Shown: positions 29,725 through 40,402, counted from the first letter of the stretch. The stretch is 64,000 nucleotides of DNA from a virus (IMGVR_UViG_3300026549_000030:64001-128000); one strand, 5' to 3'. The notes: generated from the letters alone by a model not told the origin. Numbers and translations are program-made.

Positions 29725-32700
29725 TATTTACCTTCTTCTTCATTAACATTAGTATTTTCAAGCTTAGGTGTCCATAGATGTGTATATGATTCTTTTCCAT
29801 TTTCATCTATGGTAACTCTATCAGCCCTATTATCATAAACACCTGTGTTTGCATAATAGTTAAAGGATACTGCATTCTGTAGCCTACTTATAGGCCCACT
29901 GAGTGATTGTCCTCCAAGGATAACAATTCCCAATGATACAGTAGCGTACATTGGCTGAACTCCTGCACCCTCAGGATTTAAATCCCATTGCATTCCTTCC
30001 TTCTGATAATTTATTGTAAGGTTATTAATTAAAATCCTCGTATTAATAAAATCTCCAAGTCTTAATACACAAACCGGCATTCTTCCGAAGGCAAGGTTTC
30101 CAGCCGGCGTATCATAGTCTTTAATTTTTGATGAGTGTTCAATAGTATGCCCCTGTCTCGTACACTGCTGTAAGAACGTAAGACGTGCATTAAAGCCCTC
30201 GGGTGATATTGAATGAAACGCCGGCGTAAAATATTTAAACCTCTTCTTTAAATTTTCAAACGTGAATGGATCAGTAGTAGACAATTTATCGAAATAATCT
30301 GCCTCTGTTTCGTACCTAAGTTTCTGGTAATCAACATTTTTAATAAGCGCAACCTCTTCCTTTGTTGGTTTCTTGGGTGCTTCTTGTTCTTCTACTTTTC
30401 TATCTCTCTTTACGCTAACCATTCCCGTTTCCGTAATTATACCTTGCGGGTCTTCTGCATACATACTATCTACAATTGCTTCCTTATTTTCAGAAATCGT
30501 CGAAGATAGTCCATTCGTCTCGTCGTTATTAGCCTCAGATAGTTTTGTGATTTCAGCGGCATTATATTCAATTTCAACAACCGCATATCTTTGCGACTTT
30601 GCGTCTATTGTATTGACATCTGTCATGTCTTTCAGTTTTGGGATTTCAATTATCTCCCTATCTGAAATTTTTACACCTTCTTCATTTTCTGTGTTATCTA
30701 TAAGTGCGTTCTGTAATAATGTGCTTATAGAACTTGCACGACGGCGGGCAAGCATAACATCATTTGATACCGTACAACCACTTCTAACTTTTGAATCTTG
30801 TTTGGTTGCAGCACCCTTAACTGTCATGCTGTATATTTTTGAGTTAAAAACTTTCCTTAGTTCTTCAACGCGTTCCATATCCAAGTTACAGTGTGCCGCA
30901 ATTCCGTTGGCATTCTTTTCTTCATCGCTAAGTTGATTGTTTAACATTAACGCAACAATTACTTCTGCAAATGAGTTCGTTGCTCCAACTGATACAGCCT
31001 CATTAACTTGGCTATTTAGTTTGAAAGATGCATTGTCAATATAGTTTTTCTGATAAACAAGCGGTTGCCTTAAATCAAAGTCAACACGATAGTTATACGG
31101 TCCACCTGAAACCGTTTCTGTTCTTAATTGCCATTGACTACAATCTTTAGAATATGGATTTGGATTTATTGTTGTTCCTTCCTTGGCTTCTCCTAATGGA
31201 TGTTGGCTCGTTTCGTATCCATTCCATACTCCATACATATCAACGCCCGTTCCGTTGCCCATGAGAAGATAGTAATACCAATCTTCATCAGAATTTCCTA
31301 GTACTGTCCATTCGTTTTCAGAGATTTTTTTACTATTTCCTGAATAGTTGTTAGGATAATAAACATAAAATTTCAAAAGTTTTGTCGTCTCTTCTGAAGG
31401 TACTTGTTTTCCCTCATCACTATTATTATCTTTTTCCTCTCCCTTCTCAATACTAACATCTTCCGTCATCCAATCCTCGAGCGTTCCGCAACCGGCAAAA
31501 TACCTAAGTATTGCCTGATAATCTTCTTTTTCGCTATTATATTTTGTCTTATTTTTTATTGCGTCAATCACACCCGGATGGTCAATAAGAAGCGTGAACG
31601 AAAGTGTTCCTGTTCTTGTTGTATTCTTGTAAGTATACACCTTTTCACCTCTTCCAATGAAGTCATTTGGATCCCAATCAACTGTAACATTCTCTTGAAA
31701 ATCTAAGTCATATGGAGGAAACCACATAATTCTTCCGCCATTAGGACCGCGCTGCTCAGGTGCTAGATTTGAATCATTCTTTAAAACGTCCTTCCATGCA
31801 AGATTTTCGATTGAGAACATACATTTCTTAATAGCGACTGTATTATTCACATCATTTGAAGGAACTATGTTTACAAATCCGCTATTTGCAAGCACTGTGT
31901 TCTCAGCTAGATACTTACCACCGTCCAATGTGTCGTTTTTTGAAGTTAATGAAGAGTGTGCTCGAATATCTTTGTTCATAAATTGAACATTCTCAATACT
32001 CGTGGCACCTTTTTCATTAACAAATGGCCGAATCAGTTTATTTACTTTGTCATATTGATGGTGATATGTCCACACACGGCAATACGGATTATCATATCCG
32101 TTTGGCTTATCCGGTTTTAACTTTAGAAGGTTTCTACCATGTGAATTGCCATACATTGAAGACTTTGCCGTATCCGTTATTTCTTTCGCATCTGTAATTC
32201 CATTTTCACCTACAGAAGTATGGAATCTACCCATAAGCGTTGATATCCTATGGGCTCTAAATAAATCATTTGTTTTAGAAAGTAAATTATTGCCGGTAAA
32301 ATTAGTTTCAAATCCTTCTATCCTTGTCTCTTCGCCAATATTTTCTCTATCATATTCATGATATTCGTGTGGCTCGTTGGCAGAATTACTATTTCCTTCT
32401 TCGTATTTTCTACCGTAATATTCCTCTAATTCTCCGACAGGTTGACTCATTTCCAAGTCGGCATAGCGCATTCTTCCACCTATCTTATCAGGCTTATACC
32501 CAATTGATTTCGAAAGTTGCTCTTCGAGATAATAGTTTCCGCCATTATGTTCTAAATCAGGTTCTCCTGTAACGTAATCGTGGACAATTTCAACCTGTGC
32601 CTCAGGAATGTCGGGTATTCTTCCGCTTGCTCTCTTATACTCACCAGAAAGGTTATTGTATGCGTCAATAAGCCCGCCCTTGGCAAAAATACTGAATCTT

Positions 32701-33194
32701 CTTATGTCTCTTTCCGCGATAGGACTCGTTCCATAAAATGCAGTCAAATCGGGCGTAAGATACTTTTCCTTAACGTGTCTGTCAGAGTTGGCGTAATTCA
32801 TAAACGTCATTCCCTGAGCATACATTAAGTCTCCTACCTCACTGAGTTTGTTCCTCTCCGTGAAATTTATGAGGTAGTCGCCCTCCCACATTTGTAAATC
32901 TTCTCCGAGAGGTTCAACTTCGTAAGCTTCATCCTCATAAAGTTTATATTTCCTATCTATACTTTTAGAATAGTCAGATTTTCCATCATGAGTAAAATCA
33001 ACAAGAGATTTTCCTCCCGTTATAGGCGAAACGCTCCTGTCCTTTATCGTTACATATTCAGCAAGCCCCGAGCCGTACTGCAAGTACTGCCTGTCTTTCC
33101 AATATATGCGCCTCATCATTTCCTCGCGGGTATCTTCATTGACCTTTAATACCCCCGGAACCTTAGCAACAGAGTTTATTTTTTCAGAAGCCAT
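29724..33194 (-). CDS. Baseplate/tail-tube initiator-like structural protein
   Basis: Two tube-initiator-like segments ('WFPPYDLDFQENVTVDW…IGRGEKVYTYKNTTRTGTLSF' and 'PVCVLRLGDFINTRILINNLTINY'); follows the tape measure gene. Confidence 0.6.
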   Translation of the reverse strand: MASEKINSVAKVPGVLKVNEDTREEMMRRIYWKDRQYLQYGSGLAEYVTIKDRSVSPITGGKSLVDFTHDGKSDYSKSIDRKYKLYEDEAYEVEPLGEDLQMWEGDYLINFTERNKLSEVGDLMYAQGMTFMNYANSDRHVKEKYLTPDLTAFYGTSPIAERDIRRFSIFAKGGLIDAYNNLSGEYKRASGRIPDIPEAQVEIVHDYVTGEPDLEHNGGNYYLEEQLSKSIGYKPDKIGGRMRYADLEMSQPVGELEEYYGRKYEEGNSNSANEPHEYHEYDRENIGEETRIEGFETNFTGNNLLSKTNDLFRAHRISTLMGRFHTSVGENGITDAKEITDTAKSSMYGNSHGRNLLKLKPDKPNGYDNPYCRVWTYHHQYDKVNKLIRPFVNEKGATSIENVQFMNKDIRAHSSLTSKNDTLDGGKYLAENTVLANSGFVNIVPSNDVNNTVAIKKCMFSIENLAWKDVLKNDSNLAPEQRGPNGGRIMWFPPYDLDFQENVTVDWDPNDFIGRGEKVYTYKNTTRTGTLSFTLLIDHPGVIDAIKNKTKYNSEKEDYQAILRYFAGCGTLEDWMTEDVSIEKGEEKDNNSDEGKQVPSEETTKLLKFYVYYPNNYSGNSKKISENEWTVLGNSDEDWYYYLLMGNGTGVDMYGVWNGYETSQHPLGEAKEGTTINPNPYSKDCSQWQLRTETVSGGPYNYRVDFDLRQPLVYQKNYIDNASFKLNSQVNEAVSVGATNSFAEVIVALMLNNQLSDEEKNANGIAAHCNLDMERVEELRKVFNSKIYSMTVKGAATKQDSKVRSGCTVSNDVMLARRRASSISTLLQNALIDNTENEEGVKISDREIIEIPKLKDMTDVNTIDAKSQRYAVVEIEYNAAEITKLSEANNDETNGLSSTISENKEAIVDSMYAEDPQGIITETGMVSVKRDRKVEEQEAPKKPTKEEVALIKNVDYQKLRYETEADYFDKLSTTDPFTFENLKKRFKYFTPAFHSISPEGFNARLTFLQQCTRQGHTIEHSSKIKDYDTPAGNLAFGRMPVCVLRLGDFINTRILINNLTINYQKEGMQWDLNPEGAGVQPMYATVSLGIVILGGQSLSGPISRLQNAVSFNYYANTGVYDNRADRVTIDENGKESYTHLWTPKLENTNVNEEEGK

Positions 33195-33312
33195 TTTTCG
33201 CTATTTATTAATTTCTAATTATTAATTTTTAATAATAAAGAAATATTTCTTTTCTTAAATTTTTCTTATTATATTATACTGGTCCTATAGTACTCTTATA
33301 CTAATGGGCCTA

Positions 33313-36102
33313 TTAGACATAAGATCCTTGTATCGCGCCGCGGAACTTGTCGTGTTCCATATCGTATCCCCTGTCGTTAAGAATATTCGCCTTTCTCATA
33401 ATCGTCGGAATATTTTCCGTTACTGTGTCGAGAATTGCTTTCTTAAGAGCTCTCGTGTCGATATCGTCGATAGGGATATTCCTGAATTGATTTCCTGAAT
33501 TTACATTAAACTGTCCGTTAATCGTTAACGTAATTGGCTCAAAAGCAATTTTCTGTTGTCCTTGCTGACTTTGGTTAAACCTCTGAGCAATCGAAGGAGA
33601 AACGGATAGTGTATTAAGGTAATCGGCTGTCGCTCTATTTCTAAGTCTATCAAATGCCGTTGTATATGGATTCTGCCCACTATTAAGAATACGAACATTA
33701 CTACGCCCAAGCAAATCAGTCCCTCTCCTATTAAGGACAGATTCACCACGCAAAATTTTAGCAAAGTGCTCGTTGAAATTACTATTTGACAAGCCAACAT
33801 GATGTGTACTAATATCGTCGTTATCTTCTGTCCTCTTAAAGTATTCTTCGCGCTCTTTATCGTATTTTTTATTCTTTACATCTTCCGCGAATCTACGTTT
33901 TTCCTTCTTACCACCCGAGCCTATATGTCTTTTATAATCCTTGTTAATGAATTCTGCGTTACTTTCTCCGCCAACATACTCGTTAACTTCTTTTGAAAGT
34001 TCACCACGTGATAACGCGCCTTTAATAGCAGATCTACTTCCATATCTTCGCATCAATTCTGCCCATTTTTCCGGATCGTTATCTCTGACATTTGCGAAAT
34101 ATGCCTTTTCGGAAGCGGTCATTCCGCCGCTTCCTACTATCTTAGAGACGAGAGCACCAAGTTTTCCAGATACACCCTTAAGGTTATTGTCCAAGAAATC
34201 ATAAATTGTTTGTGTCTGCACAAATACGTCTCCAAGTCCCGCATTTTCTTTATTATCCTTTCTCTTCGACTCTTCTTCAAGACTTGGTAGAAGCTTAGCA
34301 AATCTTGGATCAGAAAGGAGGATTTCTTCTCCCTTTTTACCAACAAGACCCTGTGTATCGGCTATATACGCTTGTCCATTTTTGTTAATTTGTGCAAGAT
34401 TCTTAATATAATCAAGTGTGTTTCCGCTATATTTTCCTCCAGCCGCCTTCTCAACGATGTTTTCACGTGCCTTATTCATGGCAATGTTCATCATCTCATT
34501 AGGATTAACACCCATCGCTTCTGCAGCGGAACGCATTCGCCGCCTATCAAACGAGCTTATTTCAATCTGTCCCTTACCCTTATCGAAATAAGCCTTGTCG
34601 CTAAACATTTTAACCATGCGGTCATTCAGCCCTTCCATATCATTTAGGCCTTCATAAAGAAGTCCCATAGGATTACTGAATTGTGCAAAATCGCCACCGA
34701 GAACCGATAAATTCGCTGCTGTTTTAATAGCGCCCTCAACAGTATTAACTTTTTCAGCAAATCTAGCAACCTCCGACATATTATACTTCAAACGAGTTGA
34801 AGTTTCAGCCATTTTTTGAAGTCCGTCAACGCCCTTAGAGAATGTGTATGTCTGAGCCATCTTAAGATTACTCTTAATAGCATCAGTCATCTTTTTAAAT
34901 GAAAGTCCCTTAGAGCCGGCTTTTCCGTATAATTTGCTGAAATATTCATCAGTGCTTTGAAGGCTACGTCCAAACGTATCGAACATTCCAAGAGTATCAC
35001 CCTCAATGCCCATACGCTTCATGTCAATAGCTGACTTTATATTTGCATTTGTCTGACGATATACTTCACGCCCCGTCCCTTCTGAGAAATTTACAGCGCC
35101 ATTGTAATAATCTTCTGCAGTGTATCCATACTTAATTGGCTGGCTATTTCTAAATGCAGCCGATTGACGCATAAATTGCTGCTTTCCATATTTACCGCCA
35201 CCGTAGGTCCTTGCATAGTCCCTACCAAAAGATTCTTCTTTATTGAAGATATCTGCGCCCATTTTAAGCCCCTTAAGTAACATACCCCAAGGACCGCCAA
35301 CAAGCCCAATTATACTGTCAATTGCCGCAGATGAGTTAATATTTCCTGTTGCAAGGGAGTTAAGTCCACCCATTGCTAAGTTCATAGCCTGGCCTTTCCA
35401 CTTACCCTTATTTTGGAATTTTTCCCAGTTCTTTTCCTCTTTTTTCTGTCGTTTGAGATAATCCGCAAGTCCTGGATTATCTTTTAATGCCTGATTTAAC
35501 CCCTTTTGCTTAATCTCTTTTTCAAATTTCCTTTTTTCAAGAGATTCCTTTCTATCTTCAATACGAGATTGTCTTATCTTTTCATCAAGTCCCTTATCAC
35601 CAGTTTTTCCTTCGCTTTCAGCATAAGTTTGATGAAAACTTTCAATCGCATCTTTAATCTCGTTAAGAACAGTTTTAATATCTCCAAATGCAGAAGTATC
35701 AGTTGCTACATTTTTTGGGGCATTAGATACGGACGACGGTAAACGAATACCACCTTGAATATTTTGACTAAATCTTTGAAGCTCCTTTATAACATTTGAC
35801 ATTGTTTTGTCAAGCTTTGTTATAGAGCTATTAGCCGATAATAGATTATCAATTATCGGTTTCGAAGATGCAGAAGTTTTGGACATTTGCTGTCCAGAGG
35901 CGGTACTTTTTTTCTTAGCTGCGGTAGATTTACCGCTTGTGTTCTTTGCTATATTTGCATTAGTATCACCTAAAATATCCTTTATTGCGTCAAGCACATT
36001 AGTCGATGCATCCATCTTATCGCTGAGTGAGCGAAAAGTGGAAGTAACTTGCCCTAAGGCAGTTTCAAGTGCTTTTATATCTACGCTGTTTCCTCCCGCC
36101 AT
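33313..36102 (-). CDS. Tape measure protein
   Basis: 929-aa helical Ala/Gly/Lys-rich protein between the chaperone and baseplate genes. Confidence 0.7.
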   Translation of the reverse strand: MAGGNSVDIKALETALGQVTSTFRSLSDKMDASTNVLDAIKDILGDTNANIAKNTSGKSTAAKKKSTASGQQMSKTSASSKPIIDNLLSANSSITKLDKTMSNVIKELQRFSQNIQGGIRLPSSVSNAPKNVATDTSAFGDIKTVLNEIKDAIESFHQTYAESEGKTGDKGLDEKIRQSRIEDRKESLEKRKFEKEIKQKGLNQALKDNPGLADYLKRQKKEEKNWEKFQNKGKWKGQAMNLAMGGLNSLATGNINSSAAIDSIIGLVGGPWGMLLKGLKMGADIFNKEESFGRDYARTYGGGKYGKQQFMRQSAAFRNSQPIKYGYTAEDYYNGAVNFSEGTGREVYRQTNANIKSAIDMKRMGIEGDTLGMFDTFGRSLQSTDEYFSKLYGKAGSKGLSFKKMTDAIKSNLKMAQTYTFSKGVDGLQKMAETSTRLKYNMSEVARFAEKVNTVEGAIKTAANLSVLGGDFAQFSNPMGLLYEGLNDMEGLNDRMVKMFSDKAYFDKGKGQIEISSFDRRRMRSAAEAMGVNPNEMMNIAMNKARENIVEKAAGGKYSGNTLDYIKNLAQINKNGQAYIADTQGLVGKKGEEILLSDPRFAKLLPSLEEESKRKDNKENAGLGDVFVQTQTIYDFLDNNLKGVSGKLGALVSKIVGSGGMTASEKAYFANVRDNDPEKWAELMRRYGSRSAIKGALSRGELSKEVNEYVGGESNAEFINKDYKRHIGSGGKKEKRRFAEDVKNKKYDKEREEYFKRTEDNDDISTHHVGLSNSNFNEHFAKILRGESVLNRRGTDLLGRSNVRILNSGQNPYTTAFDRLRNRATADYLNTLSVSPSIAQRFNQSQQGQQKIAFEPITLTINGQFNVNSGNQFRNIPIDDIDTRALKKAILDTVTENIPTIMRKANILNDRGYDMEHDKFRGAIQGSYV

Positions 36103-36142
36103 AAAAATAACGAATTAACCTAACAATAAATAGTTATGATTA

Positions 36143-36167
36143 AAAAAATTGGGGCTTCTGCCCCAAT
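36143..36167 (-). terminator. Intrinsic terminator
   Basis: aattggggc-ttct-gccccaatt hairpin with T-tract on the minus strand. Confidence 0.65.
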
Positions 36168-36403
36168 TAATTAGCATTTCCCTGTTCGATTGCTGCATAT
36201 GCATTAACCGCCTCACCGTCAACGACTGTACCCTTCTGTGGGCCGCGTATTCCTTCATCCATTTCCTGAGCTACCCTATTATGTTTCTGAATCCAGAATT
36301 TCCTGATATATGTCGGCATTGACATTACCGTTTCATACGGAAGATTCAGATAGCTTACACAGCCGTAAATCTCATTCCAGAATGAAAGTTCGTATTCCCT
36401 ATC
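36167..36403 (-). CDS. Small tail/baseplate assembly chaperone segment (possible frameshift extension of the upstream gene)
   Basis: 'EIYGCVSYLNLPYETVMSMPTYIRKFWI' in the +1 frame straight after the upstream stop; no ATG before this block. Confidence 0.55.
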   Translation of the reverse strand, partial: DREYELSFWNEIYGCVSYLNLPYETVMSMPTYIRKFWIQKHNRVAQEMDEGIRGPQKGTVVDGEAVNAYAAIEQGNAN

Positions 36404-38024
36404 AAACTTTAGAGACGAAAATAAACTGATCAAGTCGCAGAAAGGTGTCCATTTGACCACCTCCGAGGTCCTCGGGACGTTCTACCTTGATATTGTAATC
36501 AACACCCGGCTCGTTGTTAATAATGTAGTCCCTGTATGCCTTTGCGTCACGGACATTAAGATTAAGAATATAATCCACAATGTACTTTCTATCAGTATTT
36601 CCGTTCACGCTTACCGTTGAAAGGATAAGACGGTTCGTCAAATCATGCGAGAATTCATTTTCAGGGATTGTTCCGAAATATGCTTCTCCTTCGTCCTCCA
36701 ATGTATTGATTGCAGAAACCATTTTCTGATATGCTTCCTCCTCAATCAAATCATTATCAACAATTGCGTTGCGAAGTTTTGTAAGACTTTCCTTATATGT
36801 TGCTACGCGGTATTGCTTATCCTCTTCGTTCTGCATTTCCTGCAGTTTCTTTGTATCCTTGTTGGTGAGGAATTTAAATTTCATTTCATCCTTTGTGACA
36901 GGAAGCTTGAATGAGAAATATCCGTCCTCATCACCCGTAAGTGTGAACTTACGATACTTCAAATTCGACAAATCAACAACAGTGTCAAATTCCTCGCCTG
37001 TCTTATCGTCTGTAACGGTTACAGGGTATTCGTTTCCGTATCCGCTTGCGCGAAGCCAGATAATGATAGCATCCCTATCTCCCTGCACCAAGTCGTCAGG
37101 GTCAATACCCTTCACCTTATTCTTAAGCATATGGTCAAGGAACGTTCCGTTTCGATAAAGATTAGGTGAAAGGATAAGGTTCTCGTCGTATGCCGTCAAG
37201 TAACTCACACTTACTTCCTTAATCTTACTTGGATAGCATTCACCCTTTGAAGGAAGATTAACGGTATCGTATGGTGTACGTCCGTCGTTTTCCCTTACGT
37301 TAAGCCCGTCCTGAGAAGGCTGCTCCTGTGCATTTTTCTTCGTTGTCTTTTTCTGTTCAGTTTCAACAACTATCGGCTCCGTCACCGTAATTTTTTTCTC
37401 GTTATCCATTTTTTCTTCCGTTTGTTTCTTTCTATTGTCAGTTTTTGGCGTAACTTCTTCGTACAGAAGCGAAGAAGCCTTATAGGTGTCAAGCGATTCA
37501 GGTTCGTAAACCTCTCGAGACTTGAAGTCAGTATATGAACCCTTCGCAGTAGGGAACGGTTTCACTTCCTCTTCTTTCCTTTCCGTCTTATTGCCCTTCT
37601 CAACAATAGCCCTAATTCCGTCCCGCTTATTTGCCTTTTCAATGGCTTTAATAATACCGCTTCTGTCGATACGCTTCTTATTTTGAACTATCTCGATAAG
37701 ATCCTGTTCATCGCCGCCAAGCTGCAGATACTTAGCCTTGATGTCTTCCTGTGCGGTTTCCATTAGGGCGAGCGTCTTCTTAATGCTCATATCGCTGTAA
37801 ACGCGATTTCCGTACTTATCCTTCTTAGTACTTCTCACACGAACCATTTCGTCCTTACTCTGCTCATACATTTGGTATGAATTTCTGAGAAGTTTAAGGT
37901 CGTTCTGTCTCTGTTCTTCCGCGTCCTGCTCAGGGGTTGCACCGAGAACCCTGTTAAGTATCTCTTTTACACTCTCGTCAAAATGCGGCTCCGTTGGCTT
38001 TGTGCTTTTTCTTGTGTTTGCCAT
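36402..38024 (-). CDS. Baseplate hub/tail assembly chaperone (T4 gp26-like C-terminal part) with long N-terminal extension
   Basis: 'VNLPSKGECY', 'YLTAYDENLILS', 'GDRDAIIIWLRASGYGNEY', 'FKLPVTK…KFKFLT'. Confidence 0.7.
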   Translation of the reverse strand: MANTRKSTKPTEPHFDESVKEILNRVLGATPEQDAEEQRQNDLKLLRNSYQMYEQSKDEMVRVRSTKKDKYGNRVYSDMSIKKTLALMETAQEDIKAKYLQLGGDEQDLIEIVQNKKRIDRSGIIKAIEKANKRDGIRAIVEKGNKTERKEEEVKPFPTAKGSYTDFKSREVYEPESLDTYKASSLLYEEVTPKTDNRKKQTEEKMDNEKKITVTEPIVVETEQKKTTKKNAQEQPSQDGLNVRENDGRTPYDTVNLPSKGECYPSKIKEVSVSYLTAYDENLILSPNLYRNGTFLDHMLKNKVKGIDPDDLVQGDRDAIIIWLRASGYGNEYPVTVTDDKTGEEFDTVVDLSNLKYRKFTLTGDEDGYFSFKLPVTKDEMKFKFLTNKDTKKLQEMQNEEDKQYRVATYKESLTKLRNAIVDNDLIEEEAYQKMVSAINTLEDEGEAYFGTIPENEFSHDLTNRLILSTVSVNGNTDRKYIVDYILNLNVRDAKAYRDYIINNEPGVDYNIKVERPEDLGGGQMDTFLRLDQFIFVSKV

Positions 38025-38617
38025 TATTTTATATCAATTTTTTCTACAATTATTGCAAAGTGGAATGGATATTTGCTGTCAGCATAATCCTGTAAAATTT
38101 TACATCCATTAAGAAGCGCTTCCTTACCGTTTTCAAGTTCTATGATAAATCCCCTCTTCGGCAAAATTTTCAATTTCATTTTATCATCAAGCGCGTCGTC
38201 GGCGTGAACCTTCTTACTATCGTCAAGCCAGAAACGTATTTCGCTTTCAGCGTCTCCATCCATTGAATTTGGATTTATATTGAGGATAAGCAAGAACATT
38301 TTGCCGGCTTCAAATTTTTCTTGAAAGAATTCATCAGTTACTTCAACTTTCTTCGAATTGTAAATAACAACCTCAGCTTCGTAGTAATCATATATTATAT
38401 CAGGAGAATCGTCAACCTGACGTTCCCTATAATCAGTCATTCTTCCACGTCTGTCAACACCGTTTCTCAAGTCATTGACATAACGGTTCATTTGGCTATT
38501 AGTCTTCCAAAACTTATCGAGAACCATTTCACTGAATTCTTCTCTGGTGAGTTTTCCTGCATATTCGTATTGTCCATGCTCCGTGTCAATCACGGGAATC
38601 TTCATTTTCGTAAGCAT
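38024..38617 (-). CDS. Hypothetical protein
   Basis: 197-aa ORF coupled to its neighbours. Confidence 0.6.
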   Translation of the reverse strand: MLTKMKIPVIDTEHGQYEYAGKLTREEFSEMVLDKFWKTNSQMNRYVNDLRNGVDRRGRMTDYRERQVDDSPDIIYDYYEAEVVIYNSKKVEVTDEFFQEKFEAGKMFLLILNINPNSMDGDAESEIRFWLDDSKKVHADDALDDKMKLKILPKRGFIIELENGKEALLNGCKILQDYADSKYPFHFAIIVEKIDIK

Positions 38618-39137
38618 GCCTTATTGTCTTATCAACTATATATTTCTTTAATCTTTTACGCAAATAATTCAAAACACCCTCAGGGTCTGAATTTATATCT
38701 TTCTCCCAAATATAAATGATTGGGATTCCGTTCATTTCGCACCATTTGCGCTTCTTCTCGTCTACCCTTATATTCTTTTTCTGAACAGCATTCAAGTCTT
38801 TCTCCTCGAAAACTCTCCTGTCACCGTGCCAATAGGAACCCTGTATCTCAATAATTGGTCCATATGGCTTAACTCTGAAATCAAAAAACCTTCCAATAGA
38901 CTTCGCCTCGTATTGATACACGTACGGGATTCCGAGCTTGTCCAAAAAGTCACGTGCAAATCTCTCTTCAAGCTTAGAGGTACCAAATTTCGGGTGAAAG
39001 TGCCGTTCTTTTTTCACTTTCGGTTTTGCAGGAAGTCTCCTGTCCTTTCTTCCCGATGAAGAGCCGCTCGTTTTCTTAACTGCCTTGGATCTTGGTTTTT
39101 GAAATGTTCCTGTTTTCTTTCTTATCGGCTGCGCCAT
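38586..39137 (-). CDS. Vsr/DUF559-like endonuclease with basic N-terminus
   Basis: 'TSKLEERF', 'FFDF…IIEIQGSYWHGD', 'DEKKRKWCEMNGIPIIYIWE'. Confidence 0.75.
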   Translation of the reverse strand: MAQPIRKKTGTFQKPRSKAVKKTSGSSSGRKDRRLPAKPKVKKERHFHPKFGTSKLEERFARDFLDKLGIPYVYQYEAKSIGRFFDFRVKPYGPIIEIQGSYWHGDRRVFEEKDLNAVQKKNIRVDEKKRKWCEMNGIPIIYIWEKDINSDPEGVLNYLRKRLKKYIVDKTIRHAYENEDSRD

Positions 39138-39141
39138 TTAC

Positions 39142-39474
39142 TTAATTTTTAGTATATTCAAACACAAACGTCGTAACTCCGTCCTCATTATGGGAAATTA
39201 TTGAAGGAACGAACCAACGTTTAATCTGCACATAATCCTCGTCAGTATCATAACTTATCTTCACGAGAGGTGCGTCCACCGTTCCAATTGAATTTGCTAA
39301 ATTAATCAACATTTCGTCGTCTATGTAATCGTCCGTGTACATAGAGAACGCAAAGCGTTCAACGAATATACTAAGCAATAGAACAGTATAAGTTCTCTTC
39401 TGATATTTCTTGTACCAATCAGAGGTTGTTAAAAAAGTTATCGTAACATTTTTTAAGCTATGTGTTTCTTCCAT
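39142..39474 (-). CDS. Hypothetical protein
   Basis: 110-aa ORF within the operon. Confidence 0.55.
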   Translation of the reverse strand: MEETHSLKNVTITFLTTSDWYKKYQKRTYTVLLLSIFVERFAFSMYTDDYIDDEMLINLANSIGTVDAPLVKISYDTDEDYVQIKRWFVPSIISHNEDGVTTFVFEYTKN

Positions 39475-39494
39475 ATTTTTAATAATAACTACTC

Positions 39495-39836
39495 CTATTT
39501 TAAGTTTTTCGGGAAAAAAGGATTATCTTTTAAAGCATTTGCCATATCCTCTATTTCCTTACAAATTTTTTCAAAATTTACAATGTCTTCAAAAGTCAGC
39601 GAAAACCATTCATTCAACACCTTTTTCGCTAAGAATCTTGAATGCAGTGTTTTTTCTAGAAAGAACGGGTGTTTTGTTTTATAATATCTGCACAAGTAAA
39701 TCTCACCAGGATTTCCGGTTTGAAGCTTTTTTATTCTTCGTTCCAAGGAACCCTTAGTGACGCCTATCTTATACATTCCTTCTTTTTCCCAATCTCCAAG
39801 TAGGTAAACACACCCCTCTTCCCCGTTTTTTTCCAT
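39495..39836 (-). CDS. GIY-YIG superfamily (T5orf172-like) protein
   Basis: 'VYLLG…YKIGVT…RRIKKLQTGNP…LEKTLHSRF…EWF'. Start taken at MEKNGE. Confidence 0.85.
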   Translation of the reverse strand: MEKNGEEGCVYLLGDWEKEGMYKIGVTKGSLERRIKKLQTGNPGEIYLCRYYKTKHPFFLEKTLHSRFLAKKVLNEWFSLTFEDIVNFEKICKEIEDMANALKDNPFFPKNLK

Positions 39837-39936
39837 GAAAAAGTATTTATTATAAAAATAAACCCTACAATAACATTGTAAACACTTTATTTTTGTAGTG
39901 TTAAATGTATTTATATAATAGCAAAATAAACGAATT

Positions 39937-40329
39937 ATGGATAATAAGAAGAAACACATAGACGATTTGCACGCTATACAGGAAATGGTGGGAAAAATCC
40001 GTACTCTTAATGAGACTATTCAGTTCAACGAGGAAGGTTATGATGATTTTGGTGCAGAAGAGGAAATGCCAGCCGTTGGCCCTGAACAGGAAGAACCATG
40101 CGCAAACGGTGAGTGCAAAATAGAGAAGGCTAACCCAGAGGAAGTTGGTTTACAGGAACTTGAAAAGGGTGGAGAGCTTGATAAAATTCGTGAAATCACA
40201 CTTCACGGAATGATTGCCCTCAACAAGACGCCTGAGGATCCTAAATTCCAAGCACTCCTTAAGATTTTCAACATCTGCAACAAGGCAGTTAATGAGAATG
40301 GAGAGCAAGAAGTTCAGAAGCAAGCGTAA
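39937..40329 (+). CDS. Acidic hypothetical protein (probable late/head protein)
   Basis: 130-aa ORF with TATTTATA at 39908-39915 and a terminator downstream. Confidence 0.7.
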   Translation: MDNKKKHIDDLHAIQEMVGKIRTLNETIQFNEEGYDDFGAEEEMPAVGPEQEEPCANGECKIEKANPEEVGLQELEKGGELDKIREITLHGMIALNKTPEDPKFQALLKIFNICNKAVNENGEQEVQKQA

Positions 40330-40343
40330 TACACGTTCGTAAT

Positions 40344-40379
40344 AAAAAAATAATCCCCGCAAAATTGCGGGGATTTTTG
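40344..40379. terminator. Bidirectional intrinsic terminator
   Basis: aatccccgca-aaat-tgcggggatt flanked by A and T tracts, between convergent genes. Confidence 0.75.
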
Positions 40380-40402
40380 TTTAATCAGATATATTTACTT
40401 GT

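Noticed and set aside
33195-33312. AT-rich spacer with a weak imperfect hairpin, as a possible origin
   Set aside because: No iterons or strong structure; it cannot be told apart from ordinary AT-rich intergenic DNA.
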